From: Tubiluchus corallicola
Lineage: Eukaryota; Animalia; Priapulida
Length of the DNA: 64,000 bases
Assembly (NCBI GenBank): GCA_030141605.1
Contig: JAQGDQ010000802.1
Span: 1-64,000 of the forward strand
Direction: 5' to 3'
Shown: in pieces, positions 51,931-64,000 of the stretch
Layout: every line of letters starts with the position of its first letter
Position numbering within the stretch: position 1 is the first letter of the stretch
Position numbers and translations under genes: made by a program
Notes under the pieces: model-generated
Databases searched by the model: none
Told to the model about the DNA's origin: nothing
The model's input: the letters and a program-made list of their open reading frames with translations, nothing else

Positions 51931-52330
51931 AAAGTCAAGCAGCATCGGGCCTGATAGTAATTCGATGAGTGACTATTTAGTAAACTGTTTTTCTTATTTT
52001 TTGCACTCTAATGTTTGATAGCAAACATTGTATAGCATCTTCTGTATTATACTCAGATGCAAAAATCAAGCAGCATTGGGCCTGATAGTAATTAGATGAG
52101 TGACTGCTTAGTAAACTGTTTTTCTTATTTCTTGCACTCTAGTGTTTCATAGCAAGCGTTGTATAGCATCTTCTGTATTGTGTTCAGATGCAAAAATCAA
52201 GCAGCATTGGGCCTGGTAGTAATTAGATGAGTGACTGCTTAGTAAATGTATAGCATCTTCGGTATTGTGCTCAGATGTAAAAATCAAGCAGCATCAGGCC
52301 CGATAGTAATTAGATGAGTGACTGCTTAGT
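51931..52330 (+). repeat. Four tandem units containing a 5S rRNA-like internal segment
   Basis: AAxTCAAGCAGCATYGGGCCTGATAGTAATTAGATGAGTGACT resembles the 5S box A to box C region. Confidence 0.6.
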
Positions 52331-52431
52331 AAACTGTTTTAATGGGCCAACAGAACGTTAATTCATGTTTTAATACGTGCAGAATTAACACAAAGTGATT
52401 TCCATTCAAAATTGTCATTTCATTCTACTAA

Positions 52432-52766
52432 GTGGCACCAAGCATTGTCAGGTGTATTAAAATGCATCAAGGAGTGTCAAGGAAAGCGTTAAACGCGTCA
52501 AGTAGCATCAAGAGTGGCACCAAGCATTGTCAGGGGTATTAAAATGCATCAAGGAGTGTCAAGGAAAGCGTTAAACGCGTCAAGTAGCATCAAGAGTGGC
52601 ACCAAGCATTGTCAGGGGTATTAAAATGCATCAAGGAGTGTCAAGGAAAGCGTTATACGCGCCAAGTAGCATTAAGAGTGGCACCAAGCATTGTCAGGGG
52701 TATTAAAATGCATCAAGGTGTGTCAAGGAAATCATTAAACGCACCAAATAGCATCAAAAGTGTCAA
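52432..52766. repeat. 82-bp tandem repeat, 4 copies
   Basis: GTGGCACCAAGCATTGTCAGG at 52432, 52514, 52596 and 52678. Confidence 0.92.
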
Positions 52767-53290
52767 GTCTTTACATTAAGGTCAATAATGGTGACAAGCC
52801 GTGACTTTACATCAAACCGTCTCTGTATGTTCATCACTTAGCGGGACCGAAAAGCCCTTGACGCTTCTTGACACTCCTCCGCACTAATTAGCAGTATTTT
52901 TATTGCCTGTTAGAGAAGTATTGCCACGAAATGAAGAGTGTGGTTTTACCGATTATGTACATATGAAATTGATTTGTAATGTTTAACATCTGGTACAGCC
53001 AACGTTGCCAACAAGTCGGTCACGGCGCCGGCAACTCGTGACTAACGCTACTAATGTTTCACTTTCACCGATGCGAAGCTGTTTATTCGAATGTGTTATG
53101 CGAAGTTTACCCATTCCGATTCTCTAGTTACAGCATAGCTTACCAATTAAATATAATCTGTTGAAGTTTAAGATGTCAACTGCAGGAAATGCACTGCGGC
53201 TTAACCTGAAACCCGAAACTTCGACGTTTTTGCGATTACTAGTCGCCCGAGCAAATGCTATCTGTTCTTTCACTCTCTGTAGAATGGTTA

Positions 53291-54520
53291 GTTTAAACAT
53301 TATTTATTATAGGATTGGATCAGACAGTTTGAACAACATGATTTAGGATCCTCACCACAACAGACTTTATACACTATTTACAAGAACATTTACAGTAAGA
53401 ATAGACTATAACTACACAAGCTGACAAGTTTTACTACAAGATTACATTAGACATTAGTAACATTTACAGTAAGAATTGACTATAACTACACAAGCTGACA
53501 AGTTTTACTGCAAGATTACATTAGACATTAGTAACATTTACAGTAAGAATAGACTATAACTACACAAGCTGACAAGTTTTACTACAAGATTACATTAGAC
53601 ATTAGTAACATTTACAGTAAGAATTGACTATAACTACACAAGCTGACAAGTTTTGCTACAAGATTACATTAGACATTAGTAACACTTACAGTAAGAATAG
53701 ACTATAACTACACAAGCTGACAAGTTTTGCTACAAGATTACATTAGACTTTAGTAACACTTACAGTAAGAAGTGACTATAACTGCACAAGCTGACAAGTT
53801 TTACTACAAGATTACATTAGACATTAGTAACATTTACAGTAAGAATTGACTATAACTACACAAGCTGACAAGTTTTGCTACAAGATTACATTAGACATTA
53901 GTAACATTTACAGTAAGAATAGACTATAACTACACAAGCTGACAAGTTTTGCTACAAGATTACATTAGACATTAGTAACACTTACAGTAAGAAGTGACTA
54001 TAACAACACAAGCTGACAAGTTTTACTACAAGATTACATTAGACATTAGTAACACTTACAGTAAGAATTGACTATAACTACACAAGCTGACAAGTTTTGC
54101 TACAAGATTACATTAGACATTAGTAGAAAATGACGGTTAGAAAATATTAATGTACGAATATTTAAGACTCTGATGCATTTCATATCAGACAGAAATTACT
54201 GGAAGCGTTTAGTACGTAATATAAAGTCACGTATGCATTGGAATATTTTACAGTTAGTAACAGTTAAATTCATCTTTTCCGAATAATAACAACTTCAACA
54301 GATCATTAGTTCCTAAGGCAGCTATATTAAGGTTTTCGGGCAGAAGTATTTCACTTAATTTATCAAACGTAACAACCCTAGTTTGTTGATACAATGGGCA
54401 GTGCAACAAAAAGTGTTCAACAGACGCAAATCGAAATCCACAGTTACAATTCGGCAACATTGGATGACCGTTATTATCTTTACAGCCTTTAGAGAAAATG
54501 TCGTAGTTTAGCTAGTTTAG
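53291..54520 (-). mobile_element. 5'-truncated LINE insertion with 15-bp TSD and a 74-bp minisatellite in its 3' UTR
   Basis: TSD TCTGTAGAATGGTTA at 53276-53290 and 54521-54535; minus ORF CNCGFRFASVEHFLLHCPLY; about 10 x 74-bp units at 53387-54125. Confidence 0.88.
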
Positions 54521-54649
54521 TCTGTAGAATGGTTATATTATGTTTGTAGCTGTAGAGGCTAGTAGGACAGAGCCCAAAGACGGGAATGAATAGATTAACA
54601 TACATTAGGTCTTTGCTTGAAGTTTCTAGACTTATGACTTGCTGTTTAA

Positions 54650-55210
54650 GGTCACAACCTTGACCTTTCTTCTCTGTGACCTCGGTGATTGGCCTTGTGG
54701 CTCTGCAAATGTATCTATCCTGGTGAATTTTCTAGACAGTTCAACACGCACCTTGGCATGGTATTTTTTTATCATGACGTATGCAAGATTAAATAAGTTA
54801 TGTAATTACCATGACCGTTTACATTTTAATCGGATTCGTTAAGTTGTGCTGTCACCTTGACCTTTTACCTTGTGGATTCATTAAGTTGTGTTGTGACCTT
54901 GACCTTTTACCTTTTGACCAGATTCAGCAAATTGTTTTGCGACTTGACCTTTTATTTTTTGAGCAGATTTAATAAGTTATGCATTTACCGTGATCATTTA
55001 CATTTTAATCAGATTCATTAAGTTGTGCTGTGACCTTGACCTTTTACCTTTTGATCGGATTCATCAAATTGTTTTGCCACTTGACCTTTTATTTGTTGAG
55101 CACATTTAATTAGTTATGCAATTTTAATCGGATTTTTTAAGTTGTGTTGTGACCTTGACCTTCCTATTTTTTGATCTGATTAATCATGTCACTTTTGACC
55201 TTGACCTGCT
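54650..55210. repeat. Degenerate TGACCTTGACCTT-rich repeats
   Basis: Multiple TGACCTTGACC blocks. Confidence 0.8.
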
Positions 55211-55929
55211 TTACTGAGTTACGCCGTGACTTCGCTTTTGAAATAAATGGAACTCACCAGATGTTTTGTCCATAACTTGCAGGATAATGGATAATTGTGG
55301 GTGTTGATTTAGCCATTCCACCAATACGACATGTTATTTCAATTTCTTCCGGCGCATTTCTCAGCCTGAAATTGCACCGATGTCATTGGGAAAGTTTATG
55401 GTTAGCGTTAGAAATCTGGTAACCGTAGAACTTTGACATTGAATTCCTCCACTCACTCCACTCGTAGGAACCCGGACACAACGGGAGCAGGTGCACCGTG
55501 TAGTCGAGGGTTCATCTAGTGAAGGGGCACTCGTAACGTATCGATAACCTCGGCGTTATAGACGTCATTTTCCTTTATTAAAACCAAAGTTTCCTTGTTT
55601 GCTTGCTGTGCAAATAAGCACACTGCGTAGAGTCAATATTGGTCTCAAATACGTTGATTTTTCTGTGTGGTTTGTTTGTGTGTTTGTAATTTCATTGAAT
55701 TCGATGTAGTTCAGCTGCTGAGGGCTTGTGCGGGGGTGCGTGCTTCGTGCGGCCGTCATTTATTTCTGTAGAAATGTTTACGTCATTTTAAAATATTATT
55801 GGTGGTCGTGTGTGGCACGTGTTCAACTGTTGTTGTGATTGTAGCATTTGTAAGTGCCAAGGATCGAAAGAGGGTTTATAATTTGAGTGTTTTTTGCCGT
55901 GTTCTAAAGGAGAAGTAGTCGGCGCTTTA

Positions 55930-56776
55930 TTTTTGTGTGTTTAATAAAATCTGAAAAGACAGCAACGATGGTATATGGTATTCCAATACGGGAAATCTTT
56001 TCTATTTTTGTTTTAATAAAATCTGAAAAGACAGTAAGAAAGAAAACATCTTAGGAAGTACCAACAACAGGAAAACAATGGTATATGGTATTCCAATGCG
56101 GGAAATCTTTTCTATTTTTGTTTTAATAAAATCCGAAAAGACAATAACAAAGAAAACATCTCGGGAAGTACCAAAACCAGGAAAACGATGGTATATGGTA
56201 TTCCAATGCGGGAAACCTTTTCTATTTTTGTTTTAATAAAATCCGAAAAGACAATAACAAAGAAAACATCTCGGGAAGTACCAAAACCAGGAAAACAATG
56301 GTATATGGTATTCCAATGCGGGAAACCTTTTCTATTTTTGTTTTAATAAAATCCGAAAAGACAATAACAAAGAAAACATCTCGGGAAGTACCAAAACCAG
56401 GAAAACAATGGTATATGGTATTCCAATGCGGGAAACCTTTTCTATTTTTGTGTGTTTAATAAAATCCGAAAAGACAATAACAAAGAAAACATCTCGGGAA
56501 GTACCAAAACCAGGAAAACAATGGTATATGGTATTCCAATGCGGGAAATCTTTTCTATTTTTGTTTTAATAAAATCCGAAAAGACAATGACAAAGAAAAC
56601 ATCTCGTGAAGTACCAAAACCAGGAAAACAATGGTATATGGTATTCCATTGCGGGAAACCTTTTCTATTTTTGTTTTAATATAATCCGAAAAGACAATAA
56701 CAAAGAAAACATCTCGGGAAGTACCAAAACCAGGAAAACAATGGTATATGGTATTCCAATGCGGGAAACCTTTTCT
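55930..56776. repeat. 110-bp tandem satellite, about 7.5 copies
   Basis: TCGGGAAGTA at 56161, 56271, 56381 and onward. Confidence 0.95.
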
Positions 56777-57165
56777 CTCACTAAATGCTATTAAAGTTCC
56801 AAATGTTAGTTTTTTTTGCTGAATGGAAATTATGTTACTCTCAGCTAACTTTCAAGTTGTTGAAGAATTAGGAATTTTGAACCCTCTTCATTTATTATGC
56901 AAATGAATGTGAAATTTCGCCGTAACTCTTTGCCTCTACGCTTTATTTGAACCGAAAAGCCGAGAGCTTCTTCCGTATTTCTCTAACATGAAGGCTGTGT
57001 TTAAATTAAACTGATTATTGGTGCTTTTATGTCAAAGATTTCTGCTATGATGAAAGTGCAATACTGAAAGTTTATGTTTCTGTAATATTGTTATTGTTTT
57101 ATTGGCAAATTTTATTATTGCACCCAATAAAATCACAATTACTGCAACATCATATGGAGATTTAA

Positions 57166-57837
57166 AGCGCAAGAAAACCCTTCATAAAGCTTGAAAAATT
57201 CGTTTTGAAATTTTATATCACTTACATCCTGCCTTTTTGCATGCAGGACTTCAATCGGCAGTCACGCTGTATAAAACATGTAAATTTAAACTCCCGCGAT
57301 GACCGTTAGACGCAGCCATTTTCACGACAGGTCATTTGAAACAAGTTTAGATAACATTTTGTAAAGTTTGAAAAACAATCAGAGCATTCGTAGCGCACAA
57401 GTCACTAACTAAATAAAATTTTAATTCGTCTTGTCAATAAGATTAAAAATACGTTTTTTGGTTAGTGAGTGGTGCACCCTGGAGAGTGAGTCAGCGACGT
57501 TCTACCAATTGATGAAAACATTTTAAATAATTAATAATTTTCTTTTCTAGTTACATAAGTCTTTCTAGTAGGTAAGCGAAAATCTAAGTAATATAGATTT
57601 GCACGGAAAGTCTTTTGAGATACAATTTAACATCGCCTTTTCTTCCCTTGATTTACGTTTGGTACATGACGTCATGTAATGGCGACTTCGGAACAGTATT
57701 GCGGGAGATTTAAAATGAAAACAAACTAAAATTCCTTTCAGTGCGAGTAAGATATACCCTTAAAATTGCTATAAAGTAATATAATTTTTTAAGGCGATTT
57801 TTCTGAAACCTACTTCAGGTACCCCTTTTCTTTTCCT
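57166..57837. mobile_element. TTAA-flanked non-autonomous DNA element, about 670 bp
   Basis: TTAA-AGCGCAAGAAA ... TTTCTTTTCCT-TTAA; full-length relative at 62655-63324; inverted fragments near 4730-5350, 14020-14600, 31870-32200, 45940-46190, 61680-61930. Confidence 0.85.
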
Positions 57838-58057
57838 TTAATATTTACTATGTCTAGAAATGCTTTTGTACTTCGTCTTTGTGATCGTCTTTGTTATAAA
57901 TTAATTCAAATTATATTTACAGAAATACATGTACTGAGTTAATCGTTATATAAATTATAGTATAAAATATGTATATATTTTAAATTTATTCTTAATAGGT
58001 GTTGTGAAAGTTAAAATTGTGGTTTTGATGTATATATGTAAAAGTTAGACAACTGAA

Positions 58058-58058
58058 A

Positions 58059-58096
<38 letters not shown>

Positions 58097-58263
58097 GTAC
58101 TACTACTACTACTACTACTAGTACTACTACTACTAGTAGTAGTAGAATATGTATGTACAAATTGGCATTATGTATAATCTTGTTATCACAAATAGCTATA
58201 TTTTGTAAACGAACCCCTGCAAATAGAGGGGAAACAATGTATTTATTGTTTAATAAAAAGACT

Positions 58264-58351
<88 letters not shown>

Positions 58352-58381
58352 AACAACAATAATAATAATAATAATAATAAT
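58058..58381. repeat. (TAC)n, (AAT)n and about 50-nt poly(A) tracts
   Basis: Direct reading. Confidence 0.9.
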
Positions 58382-59439
58382 TTGTGATCGCGACATTGTT
58401 CAGTCATTTCTCTGGTATTCCACGGCCATTTTTTCCATTAGATGCTCTTGTGTTTTATGTGACGTCTTGCACTCGAGAATTTGAAAGGTTTTTAGTGCAG
58501 ATGAGAAAAATAAACGTTTCCCTAATCTCCTCCTGGTAATCCCATCTCATCCGCGACGGGCAGCTGTTGCTTGTAAAAAGGAACTCCGCGTGATTTCCGC
58601 GCCTCCGCGTTTTCTCCACAATTTCGTTACGTAAGCAGAAATTCGTGATAAGCCATTGATGGGAAGGAGGCAGAAGACAGATTTAACGTGTACCGCTTAT
58701 GATAATAAACACAAGTCGACCGGAGATGCGTTATGATTACGAAATGCAAAGCCCTGCCAGCATTCCAGAAGCTGGGATATTGTTGCGATGGGTTGCTGAA
58801 GCATCGCGAGGGCACCGCCATTGACTAATGACAAGGATGAGGAAGCTGGGATATTGTTGCTGAAGCATCGCGAGGGCACCGCCGCCCCATGTGTTCCGCT
58901 GACAACCATTGACTAATGACAAGGATGAGGAAGCTGGGATAATTGTGTTCTTCGTGTTACTGGTGTTAGTGGCAAAGATGCTCGTTTTCCCCACATGTGT
59001 GATTATTTGCATAACTGCTGCTTCTGTTTGGTACGCGAAAATTCGTCTTATTTTATATAGTTTTACGTGCCGTGCTAAATTCTTTGTCTCATTCTGCACC
59101 ACTTAAAATGATTCTTTGTAAAGTTTTCTGTTTATTGTAATATTGTAAAGCGGTTGTACTCGCAGTGCTAATGTGTTTTGTTATTAAAGCCTTGAAGTTT
59201 TGAAGTTTTTCTGCCTAACTGTGAATTGGTTGCCAGTGCACTTATTCTGACAACTAGGTGAAGTATGTGATGCATGTGTGGAATGCATAAGTTGTCCAGT
59301 GGTTAAATGCTGATGGGATGATTTAAAACGATGTTTGTTTAATCAATTTCAACGCTTTATGTAATTGTGTTTTTAGAAATTGTGTTATCGTGTGAATTGG
59401 CTGAAATAATTTTGATAACTAATCCTAGCTTTTTAGGTG

Positions 59440-60165
59440 AACTACAGTGTCAAATAATATTTTCATTTTTCTGTCTCTTTGAACTAACTACAATGTAGAA
59501 CAACGTTTTCATTGTTCTATATTTTTGGTGAAAAGTACAATGTAAAACAATGTTTTCATTGTTCTGTCTTTTTGGACAAACCACAGTGTAAAACAATGTT
59601 TTCATTGTTCTGTCTTTTTGGACAAACCACAGTGTAAAACAATGTTTTCATTGTTCTGTCTTTTTGAGCAAACCACAGCGTAAAACAATGTTTTCATTGT
59701 TCTGTATTTTTGGAGAAAACTGCAGTGTAAAACAAGTTTTCATTGTTCTGTCTTTTTGGACAAACTGCAGTGTAAAACAAGTTTTCATTGTTTTGTCTTT
59801 TTGGAGAAAACTACAATGTAAAACAATGTCTTTATTGTTCTGTATTTTTGGAGAAAACTACAATGTAAAACAATGTTTTTATTGTTCTGTATTTTTGAAC
59901 AAACTACAATGTAAAACAATGTTTTCATTATTCTGTCATTTTGAACAAACTGCAGTGTAAAACAATGTTTTTATTGTTCTGTATTGTTGGGGAAACTACA
60001 ATGTAAAATAATGTTTTCATTGTTCTGTCTTTTTGAACAAACTGCAGTGTAAAACAATGTTTTCATTGTTCTGTCTTTTTGGGCAAACCACAGTGCAAAA
60101 CAATGTTTTCATTGCTCTGTATTTTTGAACAAACTGCAGTATAAAACAATGTTTTCGTTGTTTCT
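59440..60165. repeat. 46-47-bp minisatellite, about 15 copies
   Basis: GTGTAAAACAATGTTTTCATTGTTCTGT units. Confidence 0.92.
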
Positions 60166-62215
60166 GCTTCTAAAGTGCCTAAAGTTAAGCAACGGTGAAG
60201 CAGGTCAGTAAATGGATAGATAACTTCATGAAAAATTGTTTATGGACATTTTTAATCTTTGTCCGACTATTTACCTGGCTGAGGGTGAATGTGTAGTCAT
60301 CCAAATGTCGCAGTCAGTTCGTCATTCATCTTGGAGATTATCTATATTCAGTAGCTAGATTCTTGTCCTGCCACAGGTACTGCCACTGCCACTGAGTACT
60401 GGATTCCAACTCACAAAGTGTTCGACTGTGTAAGAAGTATCCCGTAGTTCATTAGGCTGCGAAAAACTGTTGTTGAAAGGCTGTCTTATTAGCAAAACTG
60501 TGTGAGAGATTTTCTATTGCTGTGTGTGTTTTTATGGTTTACTTTAGCAGCAGAACACGTCTTGTAGAAAACTGCTAACTGTCATGTTTTGCTTGCGTAC
60601 AAGAAACCAGATAGTAAGACGAAAAGATGAGCGCCAACTCAATGGTTTTTACCGTTGCAAAGTTTTGAGTTTGAATTTATATTCCTAGCCTAGAGACGTT
60701 AGAGTGAAGATTGAATGTTTGTGGTGAGTGCGCTAAATCCGGATCCCGACCGACTGTTTTAAGCCCTCTAGAGGCGAAGTCGTGAACTTTTGTAGCCGAG
60801 TCACGTTGACCTCTGCTGCTCGGCTTCTGGTTTATGACGTTTTGTTTTGCAGCAATTTGCTATTTCATCTGCATGCGTTTTTAAAAGCTATCAGTTCATA
60901 GTGGTTTATCTTTCTCGTCAATAGATGTCGCCAGGTTAAGCATAATGTACCATCATTAGCACTGTTTACATGTTGGTGTCGCCATCTGCGAAAATTTGCA
61001 TTGAATTCCTTCCTACTATTGATTACTAAATAATGAATGTAAATTATTAATTATTTAGTAATTAATTATAAATTATTAATAGTTAATGTAAAATTTATAA
61101 TCTTAATTTTATTTTGAGATTGTTAGTTTTATGGTAGAATAAATCACAGTTCTTGAATTTTTGAAATTAAACTTGTTGTAAAGAAAGAAAATGTGAAAAA
61201 AAACCGGCTTGAGTTTGAACCAGCAACTTTTGGATTACAGATTCCTATCGTTAGACGTATTTCTAATGAACAGCGCCGATCTCGGATTTTGTAACTCATG
61301 GTTTCCTTCTATAAAGCGTAGTTCACACTGTGTTTCATCATCTGATTTTAATTTTCCATGTTTTTAAATTTATAAGCTTTAAATTTAGTCCATTAATTGA
61401 ATTAAATCTGAATTACTTGGTGATTGTTGACTTATTGTTCTTATAATATCAGATTTCTTACTAGTGGCAAAAGAATCAACTTCTACAAGTTTTGCTTTCA
61501 CTAATGGGGAAAAACAGAATTATACAGTGTGTCCCGAAAAAACGTTCCATGCAAAGTTATATTACTCAGCATTGCACTTACATGTTTCAAACATACGTAA
61601 GTGACAAAGAAAATTCTTAAGAATTTAAAACTTTTGTGCCACCCTGTAAAACGTCACTGCAACACCATCGCAGCGTGCACCGCTGGTTCACACATTGTTA
61701 TTCGTATTGGCAAAATAACGTAACTTAAACTTTTGCTTAGTTGGTGACTTGTGCACTAACTTTAATGTTCAAACTTTAACGCAGTATTTTCTAAACTTGT
61801 TTCAAACGAGTTACCGTAGAAATGGCTGCTTCTAACAGCCATGGCGGGTGTTTAAATTACAAATTTTATACAGCGTTGCTGTTAATCCAAGTTGTGAATA
61901 AGACAGCGTGGGTGTGTTACAAAATTTCAAACCCCCATAAATAACTGAAAAAAATGTAAAAGGTTTGACTGATATTGAATTTGAACCGGGGACTCTTGCG
62001 CATAAGAGCCCAATAATTCGTTTAATCTGTAGACCAGCCAGGTTCATATAATCATTGGTTGAACTAAAGTGTACTAAAGGTTTAAATTGTATAAAGTTGC
62101 ATATATAAGTTATCGTATGTTTTAACGAATTTATATGAATTATAACGAATTTATATGAATTATAACGAATTTATATGAATTATAACGAATTTATATGAAT
62201 TATTTATCATTTCAG

Positions 62216-62614
62216 CCAAAGAATAAAGAATTAGAGGAACGATTAGCAAAATTAACCGTTAACGAGGGAATCGAATATAAACCGTGTGATAACGCCATTC
62301 ACAGCAGCTCGTCACATGAAGCTACGCCAGAGCCATCTAGCGATGTGCGTCAGAATCAATCAGCACAGCTACCTGCAGCAAAACCGCCAAAGTCGCTTTC
62401 TGTGGACAGTGCCATGACGTCCAGTGTCGATAGCGATCATGTGGTGTCATCTAGTGAGAAAAAACCAAACAAACTCGTGCGCATTGCTTCACCAGGTGGA
62501 GACTCTGTGTTGTCTCCGTCCAGCGATAGCGTCTTACCCGATTCTACGGATAACGGGGACATAAGTGACTCCTCTCCGTCTAGTTCAAATTCTCCGATTG
62601 ACATCACATTAAAG
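62216..62614 (+). CDS. PHLDB: PHLDB-like exon 16, Ser-rich (PKNKELEERLAKL...SPIDITLK); gene continues beyond window
   Basis: ATTTCAG acceptor, AAG|GTAATG donor, within the 186-aa ORF, phase 0->0. Its link to exon 15 across a 13-kb intron is inferred. Confidence 0.78.
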
Positions 62615-62654
62615 GTAATGATTACGTTTTGCATTTGCTCAATTTATTCCTTAA

Positions 62655-63324
62655 AGCACAAGAAATCCCTCCATTTACAACTTAGAAAATTCGTCTTGAA
62701 ATTTTATACCACTTACATACTGCCTTTTTCCATATTAGACTTGCGTCGGCAGTAACGCTGTATAAAACTTGTAAATTTAAACTCCCGCGATGACCGTTAG
62801 ACGCAGCCATTTTAGTGGTAGGTCGTTTGAAGCAAGTTTAGATAACATTAAGTAAAGTTTGAAAAAATAATCAGAGCATTCGTAGCATACATGTTACTAA
62901 TTAAGTAAAATTTTTAATTACTGTATCTTGTCAATAAGATTAAAAATACGTTTTTGGTTAGTGAGTGGCGCACCCTGGAGGGTGAGTCAGCGATATTTTA
63001 CCAATTTGCACAAACATTTTAAATTTTTATTTGTAGTTACATAAGTCTTTTAAGCAGGTATGTATAGAATGCTAAGTATATAGATTTGCACGGAAAGTTT
63101 TTTGGAACATAATTTAACATTTCCTTTTCTTCCCCTGATTTATGTTTGCATAAGTGACGTCATGTAATGCACCATCAGAACAGTATTGTGCAAGATTTAA
63201 AATGAAAACAAACGAAAATTCTTTTCAACGCGAGTACGACATACTCATAAAATTGCTGTAAAGTAGTATAATATTTTAAGGCGATTTTTCTGAAACCTAC
63301 TTCAGCTGCGCCGTTTCTTTTCCT
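62655..63324. mobile_element. Second full copy of the TTAA-flanked 670-bp element
   Basis: Colinear with 57166-57837, TTAA on both sides. Confidence 0.85.
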
Positions 63325-64000
63325 TTAATTCCTGAATCCGTTTAGTATGTTTTACGCTTCTGCCGTAACTCCGGATAGTTTTTGTTTAAAGTTGCGTGAA
63401 CTAGATTTTTTAAAGAGGCAGCAGAGTCCAGTGTCCTCGGCATAACCCTCGCGCAACTCAATGTAACCCTCGCGCAACTAATTTTTCCTCCAAATTTTTT
63501 GAAAAGCACCGATCGACTCTCTCCTGGCTTCGCTTCGATTCTGCCGATCATTTTACAACTGCATGTGTCGTAATTTGTTAACAGATTCGCGCCGGTGTCG
63601 CCAAGAAAAGTTTACGTACCCCGGTTTGGTCGTTTTCGGGTTAACCATCTGCCCTTTGTAAACATAAACAAGCTCCTAGTGAAGACTGGTGGTGAAAAAT
63701 GCGAGGAGGCTGTCGTAAGAGCTCGGGGGTATTATCACTTGAACCGCACGGCTTTGCTAAACTGGGATATAGATTTGCGGAACAATCGTGTAAACATTTG
63801 CGGTTGAAGAGGCGAATTTTTTACCGTGTGATCACTAGCAAAGTTCATGTGATTTGTGCTTGTTGCGGAATTGCAAGTGTTTTTGAGTGTTTTTGTAATT
63901 ATTACTGTTCTATCCTGTGCATTTCTTTGACATTTGCAGTTGAAGAGGCGAATTTTTTACTGTGTGATCACTAGCAAAGTTCATGTGATTTGTGCTTGTT

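Overview
AT-rich animal genomic DNA, probably from an invertebrate bilaterian; the species cannot be determined from the sequence. The window holds most of one spliced + strand gene, a PHLDB/LL5-family protein (pleckstrin homology-like domain family B). I traced 16 phase-compatible GT-AG coding exons from 12307 to 62614 (3669 nt, 1223 codons). They encode an N-terminal FHA-like domain, a long Ser/Pro/acidic disordered region and the PHLDB coiled coils (LEMERALLEGE, FEDLEFQQLE). The C-terminal PH domain should lie beyond the window. The flank and introns are filled with non-autonomous DNA transposons (hAT, Tc1/pogo, TTAA-flanked, Harbinger-like), LINE 3' fragments, a tRNA-derived SINE, 5S-like fragments, mini/satellites and microsatellites. 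I found no convincing new multi-gene system. The best leads are candidate alternative exons and microexons, a pogo-type MITE retaining an acidic FxxF tail, satellites apparently born from transposon ends, MITE-borne CTCF-like motifs, a DR0 nuclear-receptor-motif satellite, and a pentanucleotide microsatellite that walks a closed mutational cycle. All coordinates were read by eye and may be a few bases off for repeats.
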